DNA of 59,152 nucleotides from Candidatus Yanofskybacteria bacterium RIFCSPHIGHO2_01_FULL_44_24 (GCA_001794215.1 MGJK01000018.1:1-59152); one strand, 5' to 3'. Positions 8,098 to 16,871 are shown, counted from the first letter of the stretch. Notes: generated by a model from the sequence alone, not told the origin. Translations and numbers: made by a program.

Positions 8098-9252
8098 GTG
8101 AACAAGGTGAAAAGTCAATCAAAAACAATATATGTCGCCATGTCTGGCGGAGTGGATTCGAGCGTTGCGGCGGCATTACTCAAAAAACAAGGCTATAACG
8201 TAGTCGGGGTTTTTATGAAGCCGTGGCAGCCTTCGGCTTCAAATTCTAAATCCCAAATCCGAAATTCTAAACAAATTCTAAATCCCAAATCCGAAATTCT
8301 AAACGGGGAACTCTGTCTATGGAAGCAGGACAGAGAGGATGCCATGCGGGCGGCGGCGGTATTGGATATACCGCTTTTGACTTGGGATTTTTCAAAAGAA
8401 TACAAAAAAGAAGTGGGAGATTATATGATCCGGGAATATAGAGCCGGCCGGACGCCGAATCCGGATGTAATGTGCAATAAGGAAATCAAATTTGGCCTGT
8501 TTCTGAAGAGGGCTTTAAGGGAGGGAGCGGACTTTATTGCTACGGGACACTACGTGCGGCTAAAGCCGCAATTTCCAATTTCCAATTTTCAATTTTCAAG
8601 GAAACCACAGACTGGATTCAGACTTCTGCAAGCGATAGACAAGAATAAAGATCAGTCGTATTTCCTATGGACCTTGACCCAGGCGCAACTGAAGCATTGT
8701 TTGTTTCCGATAGGGGATTATGTGAAGCCGGAAGTAAGGAAAATGGCCAAGAAATTCGGACTGCCTAACCATGCTAAAAAAGACAGCCAGGGAGTATGCT
8801 TTATCGGGCCGTTAGATATGAAAGAATTTCTCAAAAAATATATTAGACCCAAGAAGGGCCAAATAATAGACAAGGAAGGTACCGTCATCGGGGAACATGA
8901 TGGAGCCTTTTATTATACCATCGGCCAAAGACACGGACTGGATATAAAAAACGGCCAAGGACCATACTATGTAATCGCAAAGAATTTAAAGAAAAACATT
9001 ATCTATGTCGGTAAAGACAAAGATTTAACAACGAAGAAGGCCCATGTCTCAGGCATAAATTGGACCAACTCTCGTATTAAATTACCGACTAAGATAGACG
9101 TGAAGGTAAGATACAGAGCCAAATCAGAAACGGCTAACTTATCTAAAAGAGGGGATTTGGAATTCAGAAAACCAATTCGAGCCATTACTCCCGGCCAATC
9201 AGCCGTTTTCTATAAAGGCGAGGAACTTGTCGGAGGGGGGATTATCGACTAA
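8098..9252 (+). CDS. mnmA: tRNA-specific 2-thiouridylase MnmA carrying two repeat-derived insertions
   Basis: PP-loop SGGVDSS. Also GHYVR, KDQSYFLW and GVCFIGP (second catalytic Cys region). GTG start. Confidence 0.9.
   Translation: MNKVKSQSKTIYVAMSGGVDSSVAAALLKKQGYNVVGVFMKPWQPSASNSKSQIRNSKQILNPKSEILNGELCLWKQDREDAMRAAAVLDIPLLTWDFSKEYKKEVGDYMIREYRAGRTPNPDVMCNKEIKFGLFLKRALREGADFIATGHYVRLKPQFPISNFQFSRKPQTGFRLLQAIDKNKDQSYFLWTLTQAQLKHCLFPIGDYVKPEVRKMAKKFGLPNHAKKDSQGVCFIGPLDMKEFLKKYIRPKKGQIIDKEGTVIGEHDGAFYYTIGQRHGLDIKNGQGPYYVIAKNLKKNIIYVGKDKDLTTKKAHVSGINWTNSRIKLPTKIDVKVRYRAKSETANLSKRGDLEFRKPIRAITPGQSAVFYKGEELVGGGIID
8241..8304 (+). repeat. perfect 2 x 32-bp tandem repeat (AAATTCTAAATCCCAAATCCGAAATTCTAAAC) inside mnmA
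   Basis: 8241-8272 is identical to 8273-8304. The two copies are translated in different frames as NSKSQIRNSKQ and ILNPKSEILN. Confidence 0.95.
8569..8600 (+). repeat. AT-rich oligomer array (CAATTTC/CAATTTT units) inside mnmA
   Basis: CAATTTCCAATTTCCAATTTTCAATTTTCAAG encodes QFPISNFQFS. It is the reverse-orientation relative of the AAATTC/GAAAATTG family. Confidence 0.85.
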
Positions 9253-9262
9253 TATATTAATT

Positions 9263-9496
9263 ATGACGGAAAATATAAAACCCAAGAGGGAAGCGGTGAT
9301 AGAGAATGACATCGAAGATGCTGTTTTTCAGGCCAAAATGGAAGCCAAGAGAGATAAGATAGACATGGAGGGGGCGAGCAGGGTTATCACGAAACTCATC
9401 AAAGAAGGAGAGATAACCCCATCGTCAACTGTTTCGGAATTAATGTGGTCTATAAATCGCGAGCTCGAAGATCTGAAAGATATAAAAGATCTTTAG
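9263..9496 (+). CDS. small acidic hypothetical protein
   Basis: ATG at 9263 is preferred over the track start at 9227, which overlaps mnmA. 77 aa, no recognisable motif. Confidence 0.45.
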   Translation: MTENIKPKREAVIENDIEDAVFQAKMEAKRDKIDMEGASRVITKLIKEGEITPSSTVSELMWSINRELEDLKDIKDL

Positions 9497-9500
9497 TTGC

Positions 9501-10889
9501 TCAAGATAGAATTCTGACCAACCTCGACCACTTCTCAATCGGCTCTTGGACAAGGAGTCGTATTGTCTTTAGCCTGCCCTCTTCATCAGATCCGCACATC
9601 TCCAGCAATCGACCCGCTGCTTTTAGGGCTAAACCGAGGCTATTTTTGTATGTTTTATCCCAATCCTCCTTTACAATTCCCGAAAATTTCTCAGCGAGCT
9701 CCTCCTCGGAAATCTTTTCTCCGCCAACCGTCAGGTTGATGGAAAGACTCTTTATTTCCCGAATAATATACTCTGGGAATACCCGGTCGACATTATAATC
9801 TCTATAAAAATTATAAATACCGTCTTCTTCTTCAAGCAACGCCCTTACATCGTCGACGGAACGGCCTTCTCTAATATAGGCAAGGATTTCTGTTTTTGCG
9901 CTACCGAGCAGTTGCATTATTACTCCTTTTGAATATCGTTTTACCCATTTTAAAAAATCTTGAAGATCAACCGACTGGTCCATAAACTGATATATTTCCA
10001 AATCTATGCCATTCAGTTTCAAACTGGTATCAAAAAGTCTATCCGAATACAGCCCGGTATGAATAGCATGTTCTTCTTCGTGGGTCTTCGTTTTATCTAA
10101 ATCCGCCTCTAAATATCCCGCGGCGGAAGCATTCTCAATTATCACCTTAGATGAGAGCTCCGGAACTGCCTCAAAGCTATGTCGGATAAAAGACCCTCCG
10201 GTCGTGCTAAGATTCAAAACTTCTCTTTTATTTTCGGCCTCGCGGCCCAAATAAGCCCTAACGTAATCGCTCAAATCATAAATATGAAAATAAACACTAT
10301 TCGGAGCCTGCTCAATCTGTAAACCGCCTGCCGGATATCTTCCAAATAAATCTTTAAATAGTTCATCTTCCCAATTTCTTCTCTCAGAATCCTCTTCGGA
10401 AGCCTGCTTATAGCGATTAATAACCGACTTAATATCCCTCCTGCCCTCCAAATATCGAGCCATCCCTTGCCTAAAACCTTCGCCCAAAGATACGTGGTTT
10501 TGAACCAATACCTCCTGAACCGCGTCTTCAACCTGTTCCCACGGCAAATCCGGGTCTTTCCGCAGCAACTGCTCAATCTGAATCTGGGCATCCATCATAT
10601 TTTCTCTCATTGCGGCTAATTTCTTTTTAAAATCGCGCATCAAGATTCTCCTCTGGTCCGATTGGACTTCGGCCGGCATGCTTGAGACAAGTTTTCTTAT
10701 CTCTCTCAACTCCCACCCCGGATCAAATTCGGTTATATCAAGATGCTCTCTTTTGAACTTCAAAGTCTCCGGAAGAAGTATCTCCGGTTTTCTTTCTCCT
10801 GTTTCAATCCTTTTCTCTTCGGATTTTTCACCGCTATGAGTTTCTTTCGGTTCCCACTCCTTTGTGATTTTGATCTTTATCCTTTCCAT
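9501..10889 (-). CDS. hypothetical cytoplasmic protein with an HEEEH (HExxH-like) motif
   Basis: 462-aa ORF, charged N-terminus, THEEEHAIHTG motif. No family recognised. Confidence 0.7.
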   Translation of the reverse strand: MERIKIKITKEWEPKETHSGEKSEEKRIETGERKPEILLPETLKFKREHLDITEFDPGWELREIRKLVSSMPAEVQSDQRRILMRDFKKKLAAMRENMMDAQIQIEQLLRKDPDLPWEQVEDAVQEVLVQNHVSLGEGFRQGMARYLEGRRDIKSVINRYKQASEEDSERRNWEDELFKDLFGRYPAGGLQIEQAPNSVYFHIYDLSDYVRAYLGREAENKREVLNLSTTGGSFIRHSFEAVPELSSKVIIENASAAGYLEADLDKTKTHEEEHAIHTGLYSDRLFDTSLKLNGIDLEIYQFMDQSVDLQDFLKWVKRYSKGVIMQLLGSAKTEILAYIREGRSVDDVRALLEEEDGIYNFYRDYNVDRVFPEYIIREIKSLSINLTVGGEKISEEELAEKFSGIVKEDWDKTYKNSLGLALKAAGRLLEMCGSDEEGRLKTIRLLVQEPIEKWSRLVRILS

Positions 10890-10899
10890 AATAAACAGG

Positions 10900-12447
10900 T
10901 TATGAAAGGTTTCTAATCAAGCTTTCGCCCGTCATTTCAGCAGGCTTTTCAATGCCCATTATTTCAAGGATGGTCGGAGCCACATCGGCCAAGACTCCTT
11001 TAACGTCAGAGAACGACTGAGCGATCTCTCCGTCCGAGCGCAATCTTTGATATTCCCCGACTATGAGATGAAAGGGGACGGGATTGGGATCGTGCTTTGT
11101 TTCTTCTGAGCCAGAACCGTGATAAACGACCGATTCAGCATTCCCGTGATCAGCGGTAATCACTAAAATACCGTTTTTGGCCAACACTGCATCCTTAAGG
11201 GCCCCGATGGCCTTATCGATGGCCTCGACCCCCATCACCACTTTATCGAAATTGCCCTGATGAGCCAAGATATCTGCATTAGCAAAGTTAATAACCATAA
11301 ATTCATAGAAATCTTTATTCAACTCTTCAACCGCCCGAGCCAAGATTTCCTGCGCCTTCATTTCGGGCTGATTACCCGGGTTTTTAACCGACTCAATCAG
11401 CAAATCGACTTCCCCCGGAAACTTGCGGTCTTGCAAGCAGTTAAAAAAGTAGGTAACGTGAGCATACTTTTCCGTCTCGGCAATATGAAGCTGGTTGATA
11501 CCGGCCTTGCTCAATGCCTCCGTCAGTCCGTTTTCAATCGTAGGCATAGGGAACATAACTTTGAGGCTCGGATGTTCGAAATACTGAGTCATGCCCGCTA
11601 CAAAAAGATTACTCACCTTCGATCTCGGAAAAGCGTTGAAGTCGTCCTCGACGAACGATCTTGCTATCTGGCGCATACTGTCTTCTCGGAAGTTAAAGAA
11701 TATCAAAGCATCTCCGGAGCCTATAAGGCCGCTGCGATCGGCTACCAACGGAGGAATCTTGCCGTCGGTAATTCCCTCCGCGTAACAGCGTTCTATCCTG
11801 GCAGAAACATCGCTTACGTCCTCGCCGACACCTTGCGTCAAAAGATCATAAGTTTGAGCCGTAAGGTCCCAATTTTTATTCCTATCCATGGCATAGTCCC
11901 TGCCGATAACCGTCGCAATCTGGCCGGTACCATTTTCACTTTTCATGTATTCAACCGCCTTCTTCAACGTGCTGGTCGCCTCCTTTAATCCGGAATCCTT
12001 GCCGTCGGTAAAAAGATGGATTTTAAGATCTATATTATTTTTTTTAGCAAAATTCATCAGGCCCGAAATATGCCCGAGATAAGCATGAACCGAACCGGAA
12101 GTCAAAAGTCCGGCTATGTGAAGCTTGGAATTATTCTTCTTGATATGCTCAAGGGCCTCCAGAAGCACCGGGTTCTCAAAAAAAGCTCCGGATTCAATGG
12201 CCTTGTTAATACGACTCATGTATTGAAAGATAATTCTTCCGGCCCCGATCGTGAGGTGGCCGACCTCGCTGTTTCCCGGCTCTCCCCAAGTCATACCGAC
12301 GGCTTTTCCGGAAGCCTGAAGAAGAAGAGACGGATAATTCTGGCCGATATAGTTTATATTCGGAGTTTGAGCCTTTAAAATTGCATTGCCGATCTTCTGC
12401 TTCGAGTAACCCCAGCCGTCTAAAATTGCAAGGACAATTGGTCGCAT
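10900..12447 (-). CDS. gpmI: 2,3-bisphosphoglycerate-independent phosphoglycerate mutase
   Basis: MRPIVLAILDGWG, NSEVGHLTIGAGR and TADHGNAE. Start set at the internal ATG 12447, matching the family N-terminus. Confidence 0.9.
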   Translation of the reverse strand: MRPIVLAILDGWGYSKQKIGNAILKAQTPNINYIGQNYPSLLLQASGKAVGMTWGEPGNSEVGHLTIGAGRIIFQYMSRINKAIESGAFFENPVLLEALEHIKKNNSKLHIAGLLTSGSVHAYLGHISGLMNFAKKNNIDLKIHLFTDGKDSGLKEATSTLKKAVEYMKSENGTGQIATVIGRDYAMDRNKNWDLTAQTYDLLTQGVGEDVSDVSARIERCYAEGITDGKIPPLVADRSGLIGSGDALIFFNFREDSMRQIARSFVEDDFNAFPRSKVSNLFVAGMTQYFEHPSLKVMFPMPTIENGLTEALSKAGINQLHIAETEKYAHVTYFFNCLQDRKFPGEVDLLIESVKNPGNQPEMKAQEILARAVEELNKDFYEFMVINFANADILAHQGNFDKVVMGVEAIDKAIGALKDAVLAKNGILVITADHGNAESVVYHGSGSEETKHDPNPVPFHLIVGEYQRLRSDGEIAQSFSDVKGVLADVAPTILEIMGIEKPAEMTGESLIRNLS

Positions 12448-12612
12448 ACCAGGTAGTGAAAGTTCCGATTGCCTCAAGGCTTCTCGAAAAAACTTTCAAT
12501 TTAGCCAAGCCCTACTTTACCAAAAATACCAGGATAGTACTTATCTTTGGCAATGAAGCCATTCGGAACCTCTACTACCTGGCATATCCATAAAGTATAC
12601 AACACTTTATGG

Positions 12613-12652
12613 AAATTCTAAATTCTAATATCCAAACTCTAAACAACTCTAA
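12613..12652. repeat. AT-rich oligomer array (AAATTCTAAA type), intergenic
   Basis: GAAATTCTAAATTCTAATATCCAAACTCTAAACAACTCTAA. Confidence 0.8.
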
Positions 12653-12659
12653 GGCAAAC

Positions 12660-12686
12660 AAAAGCCGCCTTTTGGACGGCGGCTCA
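12660..12686 (-). terminator. rho-independent terminator
   Basis: Minus strand reads GCCGCC-GTCCAAAA-GGCGGC followed by TTTTGTTTG. Confidence 0.65.
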
Positions 12687-12690
12687 AATA

Positions 12691-12834
12691 TTACGACAGA
12701 TCCCTGAGCAGAAACATCAACCAGACAATAGCAAGACAGATATTGAAATAACACCACCCGAATCTTTTTTCCAGATAACGTTTTCTCGCAAGATAAACGC
12801 TGACTCCTAAAAAGACAAGATTTAAAAGAACCAT
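12691..12834 (-). CDS. 47-aa two-helix membrane micro-protein (not in ORF track)
   Basis: MVLLNLVFLGVSVYLARKRYLEKRFGWCYFNICLAIVWLMFLLRDLS, followed directly by a terminator. The overlapping 88-aa track ORF reads through that terminator. Confidence 0.4.
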   Translation of the reverse strand: MVLLNLVFLGVSVYLARKRYLEKRFGWCYFNICLAIVWLMFLLRDLS

Positions 12835-12933
12835 CGCGCACGCCCCTTCGTCAATCTGAATGTCTGAAGCGGATGAAACTTATCATAGCCGAACAGGACA
12901 GTCAATGAACCCATGTCTGATTCCAAATTAAGC

Positions 12934-12962
12934 TTGCATAAAAAACAGCTTCCTGATATACT
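12934..12962 (+). promoter_or_regulatory. candidate sigma70-like promoter upstream of rny
   Basis: TTGCAT, 17 nt, TATACT. It lies about 150 nt upstream of the rny start. Confidence 0.3.
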
Positions 12963-13114
12963 ACTTTAGTAAGTCAATTTAATCATTAGTTTAGTAATCC
13001 CCAACGCAAATTATGTTCGGTCAATTATCGTCTACACTTTCGTCGTTGCCTCAAGCAAGCCTATAATACCGGGCTGATGTTGCGTTAGCTCGATGTACTT
13101 AACTTTTCAAGAAT

Positions 13115-14647
13115 ATGTTTTCAAGTTTGAATCCGCTGATAGCGGCAGTTTCGGCTTTGCTTCCAGGCTTGATAATCGGTTACCTCGTCAGACAGCTGAT
13201 AGTAAGCAGGCGAATCAGCGCCGCCGAATCTCGGGCTGAGTCTCTTCTCAATGAAGCAAAATCAAAGTCTCAGGACATTCTCCTTGAATCTAAAAACAAG
13301 GCTTTTAAGGTACTCGAAGATGCCAAGAAAGAGGAAAAAGAAAGGCATTCCCAATTAGCCAGGATAGAAAACCTGCTCACTAAAAAAGAAGATGAGCTCG
13401 AAGCCAAGCACCGGGAGGTTTCGAGTGAGAAAAACACCCTGAAAACCAAAATGGAGGAAGTGGATGCCCTGCGTGTTACCCTCCAGAATGAGAAAGCAAG
13501 GCACGTCAGCGAATTAGAAAGGGTAGCCGGACTCAGCAAAGACAAAGCTAAAGCCGAACTCGTTTCCGCCTTAGAAGACGAATACAAAGACGATCTTTAT
13601 CAAAGAATAAAGAAGCTGGAACAGGGCAATAGAGATGAACTTGATAAAAAGGCTCGTGAAATTTTAACCTTGGCTATCCAGAGATTTGCCTCATCCCACA
13701 TCGCCGATGCCACCACCACCGTAGTCAACCTGCCCTCAGATGAAGTAAAGGGTAAGATCATCGGAAAAGAGGGAAGAAATATTAAAACTATCGAACGCTT
13801 AACCGGCGTAGACGTAATCATAGACGATACCCCCGAAGCATTGGTGGTATCCGGATTCGACCCGGTCAGAAGACAGATAGCAAAGTTAGCCATCGAAAAA
13901 TTGATAGCCGACGGACGTATTCACCCGGCAAAGATAGAAGAATTGGTTGAAAAGGCTAAAAATGAAATAAATGAAAAAATGAAAGAAGCAGGGGAGGCTG
14001 CACTTTTTGAAACGGGCATCGGACCGGTAGACCAGCGCCTTGTCTATCTTTTGGGCCGCTTAGCTTTCAGGACAAGCTTCGGACAGAATGTCCTTCTTCA
14101 TTCGATCGAAATGGCCCATGTCGCCGGAATGCTTGCGGCGGAACTTGGAGCTGACGTTGGCGTAGCCAAAAAAGGCGCCTTGTTCCATGACATTGGAAAA
14201 GCAGTGGATCACGAAGTGCAAGGCACGCATGTAGAGATAGGCAGAAAAATCCTCCAGAAATTCGGTATGGATGACAAGGTCATAAAGGCCATGGAAGCCC
14301 ATCACGAAGAATACCCGTATGTGACCCTGGAATCCCGCATAGTCCAGACAGCCGATGCCATATCGGGCGGAAGGCCGGGTGCCAGAAAAGATACGGTTGA
14401 AATATACTTAAAGAGGCTCGAAGACCTCGAAAGAATCGCCGGGTCATTCGGTGGCGTTGAGAAATCTTATGCAATTCAGGCCGGCAGAGAAATGAGAATA
14501 TTCGTTACTCCTACTCAAATTGACGATTTGCAGGCTATCAAATTGGCAAAGGATATAGCCAAGAAGATAGAAGAGGAAATGAAGTACCCCGGAGAAATCA
14601 AGGTAAATGTCATCAGAGAAACTCGAGCCATAGAGTACGCCAGGTAG
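13115..14647 (+). CDS. rny: ribonuclease Y
   Basis: N-terminal TM helix, coiled coil, KH motif GKIIGKEGRNIKTIE and HD domain LFHDIGKA. Confidence 0.92.
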   Translation: MFSSLNPLIAAVSALLPGLIIGYLVRQLIVSRRISAAESRAESLLNEAKSKSQDILLESKNKAFKVLEDAKKEEKERHSQLARIENLLTKKEDELEAKHREVSSEKNTLKTKMEEVDALRVTLQNEKARHVSELERVAGLSKDKAKAELVSALEDEYKDDLYQRIKKLEQGNRDELDKKAREILTLAIQRFASSHIADATTTVVNLPSDEVKGKIIGKEGRNIKTIERLTGVDVIIDDTPEALVVSGFDPVRRQIAKLAIEKLIADGRIHPAKIEELVEKAKNEINEKMKEAGEAALFETGIGPVDQRLVYLLGRLAFRTSFGQNVLLHSIEMAHVAGMLAAELGADVGVAKKGALFHDIGKAVDHEVQGTHVEIGRKILQKFGMDDKVIKAMEAHHEEYPYVTLESRIVQTADAISGGRPGARKDTVEIYLKRLEDLERIAGSFGGVEKSYAIQAGREMRIFVTPTQIDDLQAIKLAKDIAKKIEEEMKYPGEIKVNVIRETRAIEYAR

Positions 14648-14649
14648 CC

Positions 14650-14965
14650 TCTCGACCCCGATTCTCTCGAGGCACCGCATAGATACACTCAGCCTTGACT
14701 TATTCGAGGCACGCCATAAAGACGCTCCACTTTAACCCATGCAAGGCACGGCGTAAATTTCTCACTGAAATTTCGCCTTTTACCTGCCTGCCGGCAGGCA
14801 GGCTCGGCCCAGTCGGCCTCCGTAAATCCTTTCATGGTCTAAAGCTTCGCTTGGTGTTTGAACAAAAAGCCTGCGGGAATACTCTCATGAACAAAGAGCG
14901 GGGTCTCAAATGCTTCAGAATGACAAGGGGCTTCGCCTTAGTTTCCCTTAGTCGGATTAAGGCTC
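14650..14965 (-). repeat. R1 intergenic repeat, copy A (reverse orientation), interrupted by PAL20
   Basis: The reverse complement of 14803-14880 matches GGATTTACGGAGGCCGACTGGGCCGAG and upstream units of copies B and C. It contains a covarying hairpin at 14750-14777. Confidence 0.8.
14783..14802. repeat. PAL20 perfect palindrome CCTGCCTGCCGGCAGGCAGG inserted in R1 copy A
   Basis: Copies B and C read CCGAG-TAAAAGG without interruption. Copy A has the palindrome (plus one G) at exactly this junction. Confidence 0.9.
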
Positions 14966-15181
14966 TGCTAAAATTTTTCCTATCAGGCCGTTAGCCGTCC
15001 GTCTGATAATATCAACAGTAGGGTTGATATAGCGAGGAAAATAGCGGAAAATAGAAGCAGCACTTGATTAATTGTCCGGTCGATACAATTAAGACCAACG
15101 GGTAATCCGATGCGTCTTAGACCGAGTTAAGCCTAACAAGCTTGAGGCTTTTCCGGTTGAAACGCAAAAATTTAATCGAAA

Positions 15182-15460
15182 ATGCCAATTAAAAAGAACC
15201 AGTTAGTTCAAATCTTGGCTGAGAGAATGCAAGCCTCGAAAAAGCAGTCTTTGGAATGGCTTGATGCCTTTACGGATGAAATCACCAAGGCCTTAAGAAA
15301 GGGGGAGAAGATCAACATCACCGGATTCGGTATTTTTAAAGTTTCCGACAGAAAAGCCCGGGAGGGCGTTAATCCTCGAACAGGAGAAAAAATCCAGATC
15401 AAGGCTTCCAAGAAACCCAAATTCACTGCCGGTAAATTGCTCAAAGAAGCAGTGAAGTAA
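15182..15460 (+). CDS. hup: HU-family DNA-binding protein
   Basis: 92 aa. GFGIFKVSDRKAREGVNPRTGEKIQIKASKKPKF is the HU/IHF arm signature. Confidence 0.9.
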   Translation: MPIKKNQLVQILAERMQASKKQSLEWLDAFTDEITKALRKGEKINITGFGIFKVSDRKAREGVNPRTGEKIQIKASKKPKFTAGKLLKEAVK

Positions 15461-15496
15461 ATCATAATATTTCGGATCCGGAATAGTATGAAATTC

Positions 15497-15529
15497 AAAA
15501 CCCGCCCGCCAGTTAGCGGACGGGTTTTG
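15497..15529 (+). terminator. rho-independent terminator
   Basis: AAAACCCGCCCGC-loop-GCGGACGGGTTTT. Confidence 0.7.
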
Positions 15530-15608
15530 AATAGGCGACGGGACTTTGACCTAAATTTATATAAGGTGTATATAGGAACTATTAGCTGCTCCTTGACAAG
15601 GGTAACCG

Positions 15609-16871
15609 ATGAAAGAGAACGAATGGGCCATCTGCCTGCCCGGTACTTTTGCAAGGTTGGCTCCGCATACCGGCGCTCTCCATGAACTGTTGCAGGCATA
15701 TAATGACGGCCGGCTGCTAAAAGAACCGTCGTATATTTGCACTTCTTCCGTTGCCGCCATTCCGGCAACAATTGCCGCCCATCGTTCAGAAGAAAAGTTT
15801 CAAGAGATCGAGAAAATGCTTCTCACCCTCAAAAAGCGGCATTTCGCCGGAATTCATCCCCAATTAAAAAACCGGGCCAGCATTGATTTCGCGGCCATTG
15901 TAGGATTCATATTTGCTACCCACCAAATTGGCAGGATAGATAATCCCTGGATAAGAAATCTGCTGCTCCTAAGCCTCATTTATCCGGCCTATCAGATTAC
16001 CAAGAAAACCATCAAAGATATTTTTACGGTAGAGGCGTTTTTAACTTACGAAAACCTTGAAAAACTTCTGATGAAGGTGCTGGATTTTGAAGCAATATTC
16101 AGTTCCCCGATGAAGATAGAAATTCCGGCCGTGAACATCAATAAAGCCGGATGGCTTTTGAGCGAAGTCCTTTCCGACCCGCCGGTTTATCTCCATGGCT
16201 GGAAAAATAAAGGCTGGGTGAGCGTGACCAACTTCAAGCCTGAAGATGTGGATATGGACAGAGAGACCCGAAATAAAAAGTATGTGGCTAAACTGATCAA
16301 CGGCCTTCGTGTTTACGGACATTTCCCTCCGGGAAGACATGAGAATGATGACGCTATTGTTGATACCGCCGCACTGAGCAATTTGCCGATACATTTTGCC
16401 CTGAACCAAGGATACAATAATATCGTGGTTTTCTATTATGATTCGGCTTCTGAAGGGCCGGTCAGTACTCATTTCAAAAGCTGGCCCAGTTCATTGAACC
16501 GGGACTTCGACGTCACAATATCCGAAGCCACCCGCAAGACTCTGCTTGGCTATCTGCGAGTCAACAACGATCTTGAACAGCTTCGCAGAACTCGAGAAAC
16601 CCTGAAAGAGATGGCTGATATTGCCGACGGACCCCATATGGATGCGACCGCCCGAAAATCTATTCGGACTAATATCGACGTCATTGAGGAATCGATGAAA
16701 AATTTGTCCTACGCGCATAAGCAAAGAATAAACTTTATCTTTGTCGGTTCAGATCCTTTGCCAGCTATCCATTTCGGAAACTTCCGCAACGAAGATCTGG
16801 CTGCCGGCATAGAAAGAGGCCGAAAAGCCGCCCAAGACGTTATTCCGGCAATTAATAAAATGATCTCATAA
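15609..16871 (+). CDS. divergent patatin-like phospholipase domain protein
   Basis: Three blocks align by eye to patatin: LPGTFARLAPHTGAL (versus GGGxRG), CTSSVAA (versus GxSxG) and IVDTAALSNLP (versus DGGxxxNxP). Ser and Asp are kept but the signature glycines are replaced. Confidence 0.65.
   Translation: MKENEWAICLPGTFARLAPHTGALHELLQAYNDGRLLKEPSYICTSSVAAIPATIAAHRSEEKFQEIEKMLLTLKKRHFAGIHPQLKNRASIDFAAIVGFIFATHQIGRIDNPWIRNLLLLSLIYPAYQITKKTIKDIFTVEAFLTYENLEKLLMKVLDFEAIFSSPMKIEIPAVNINKAGWLLSEVLSDPPVYLHGWKNKGWVSVTNFKPEDVDMDRETRNKKYVAKLINGLRVYGHFPPGRHENDDAIVDTAALSNLPIHFALNQGYNNIVVFYYDSASEGPVSTHFKSWPSSLNRDFDVTISEATRKTLLGYLRVNNDLEQLRRTRETLKEMADIADGPHMDATARKSIRTNIDVIEESMKNLSYAHKQRINFIFVGSDPLPAIHFGNFRNEDLAAGIERGRKAAQDVIPAINKMIS

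Noticed and set aside
11260-11988. 242-aa ORF on the plus strand (and other ORFs of at least 60 aa) antisense to gpmI
   Set aside because: It lies entirely within the strongly supported gpmI CDS on the other strand and has no motif, RBS or terminator. It is a typical shadow ORF. The same reasoning applies to the antisense track ORFs inside rny, PBP1A, priA, ctp, murA and others.
12575-12841. 88-aa minus-strand track ORF
   Set aside because: It reads through the GCCGCC/GGCGGC terminator and the AT-rich array. A 47-aa ORF in another frame (12691-12834) ends just before the terminator and encodes a plausible membrane hairpin.
14695-14994. 99-aa ORF between rny and hup
   Set aside because: It is made entirely of R1 repeat sequence and reads through the PAL20 palindrome (TCLPAGRLG). 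The other R1 copies are not in any conserved frame. I treated it as non-coding repeat.
15208-15771. 187-aa minus-strand ORF spanning hup, its terminator and the patatin gene start
   Set aside because: It overlaps two well-supported plus-strand genes and a terminator hairpin. It has no supporting signals.
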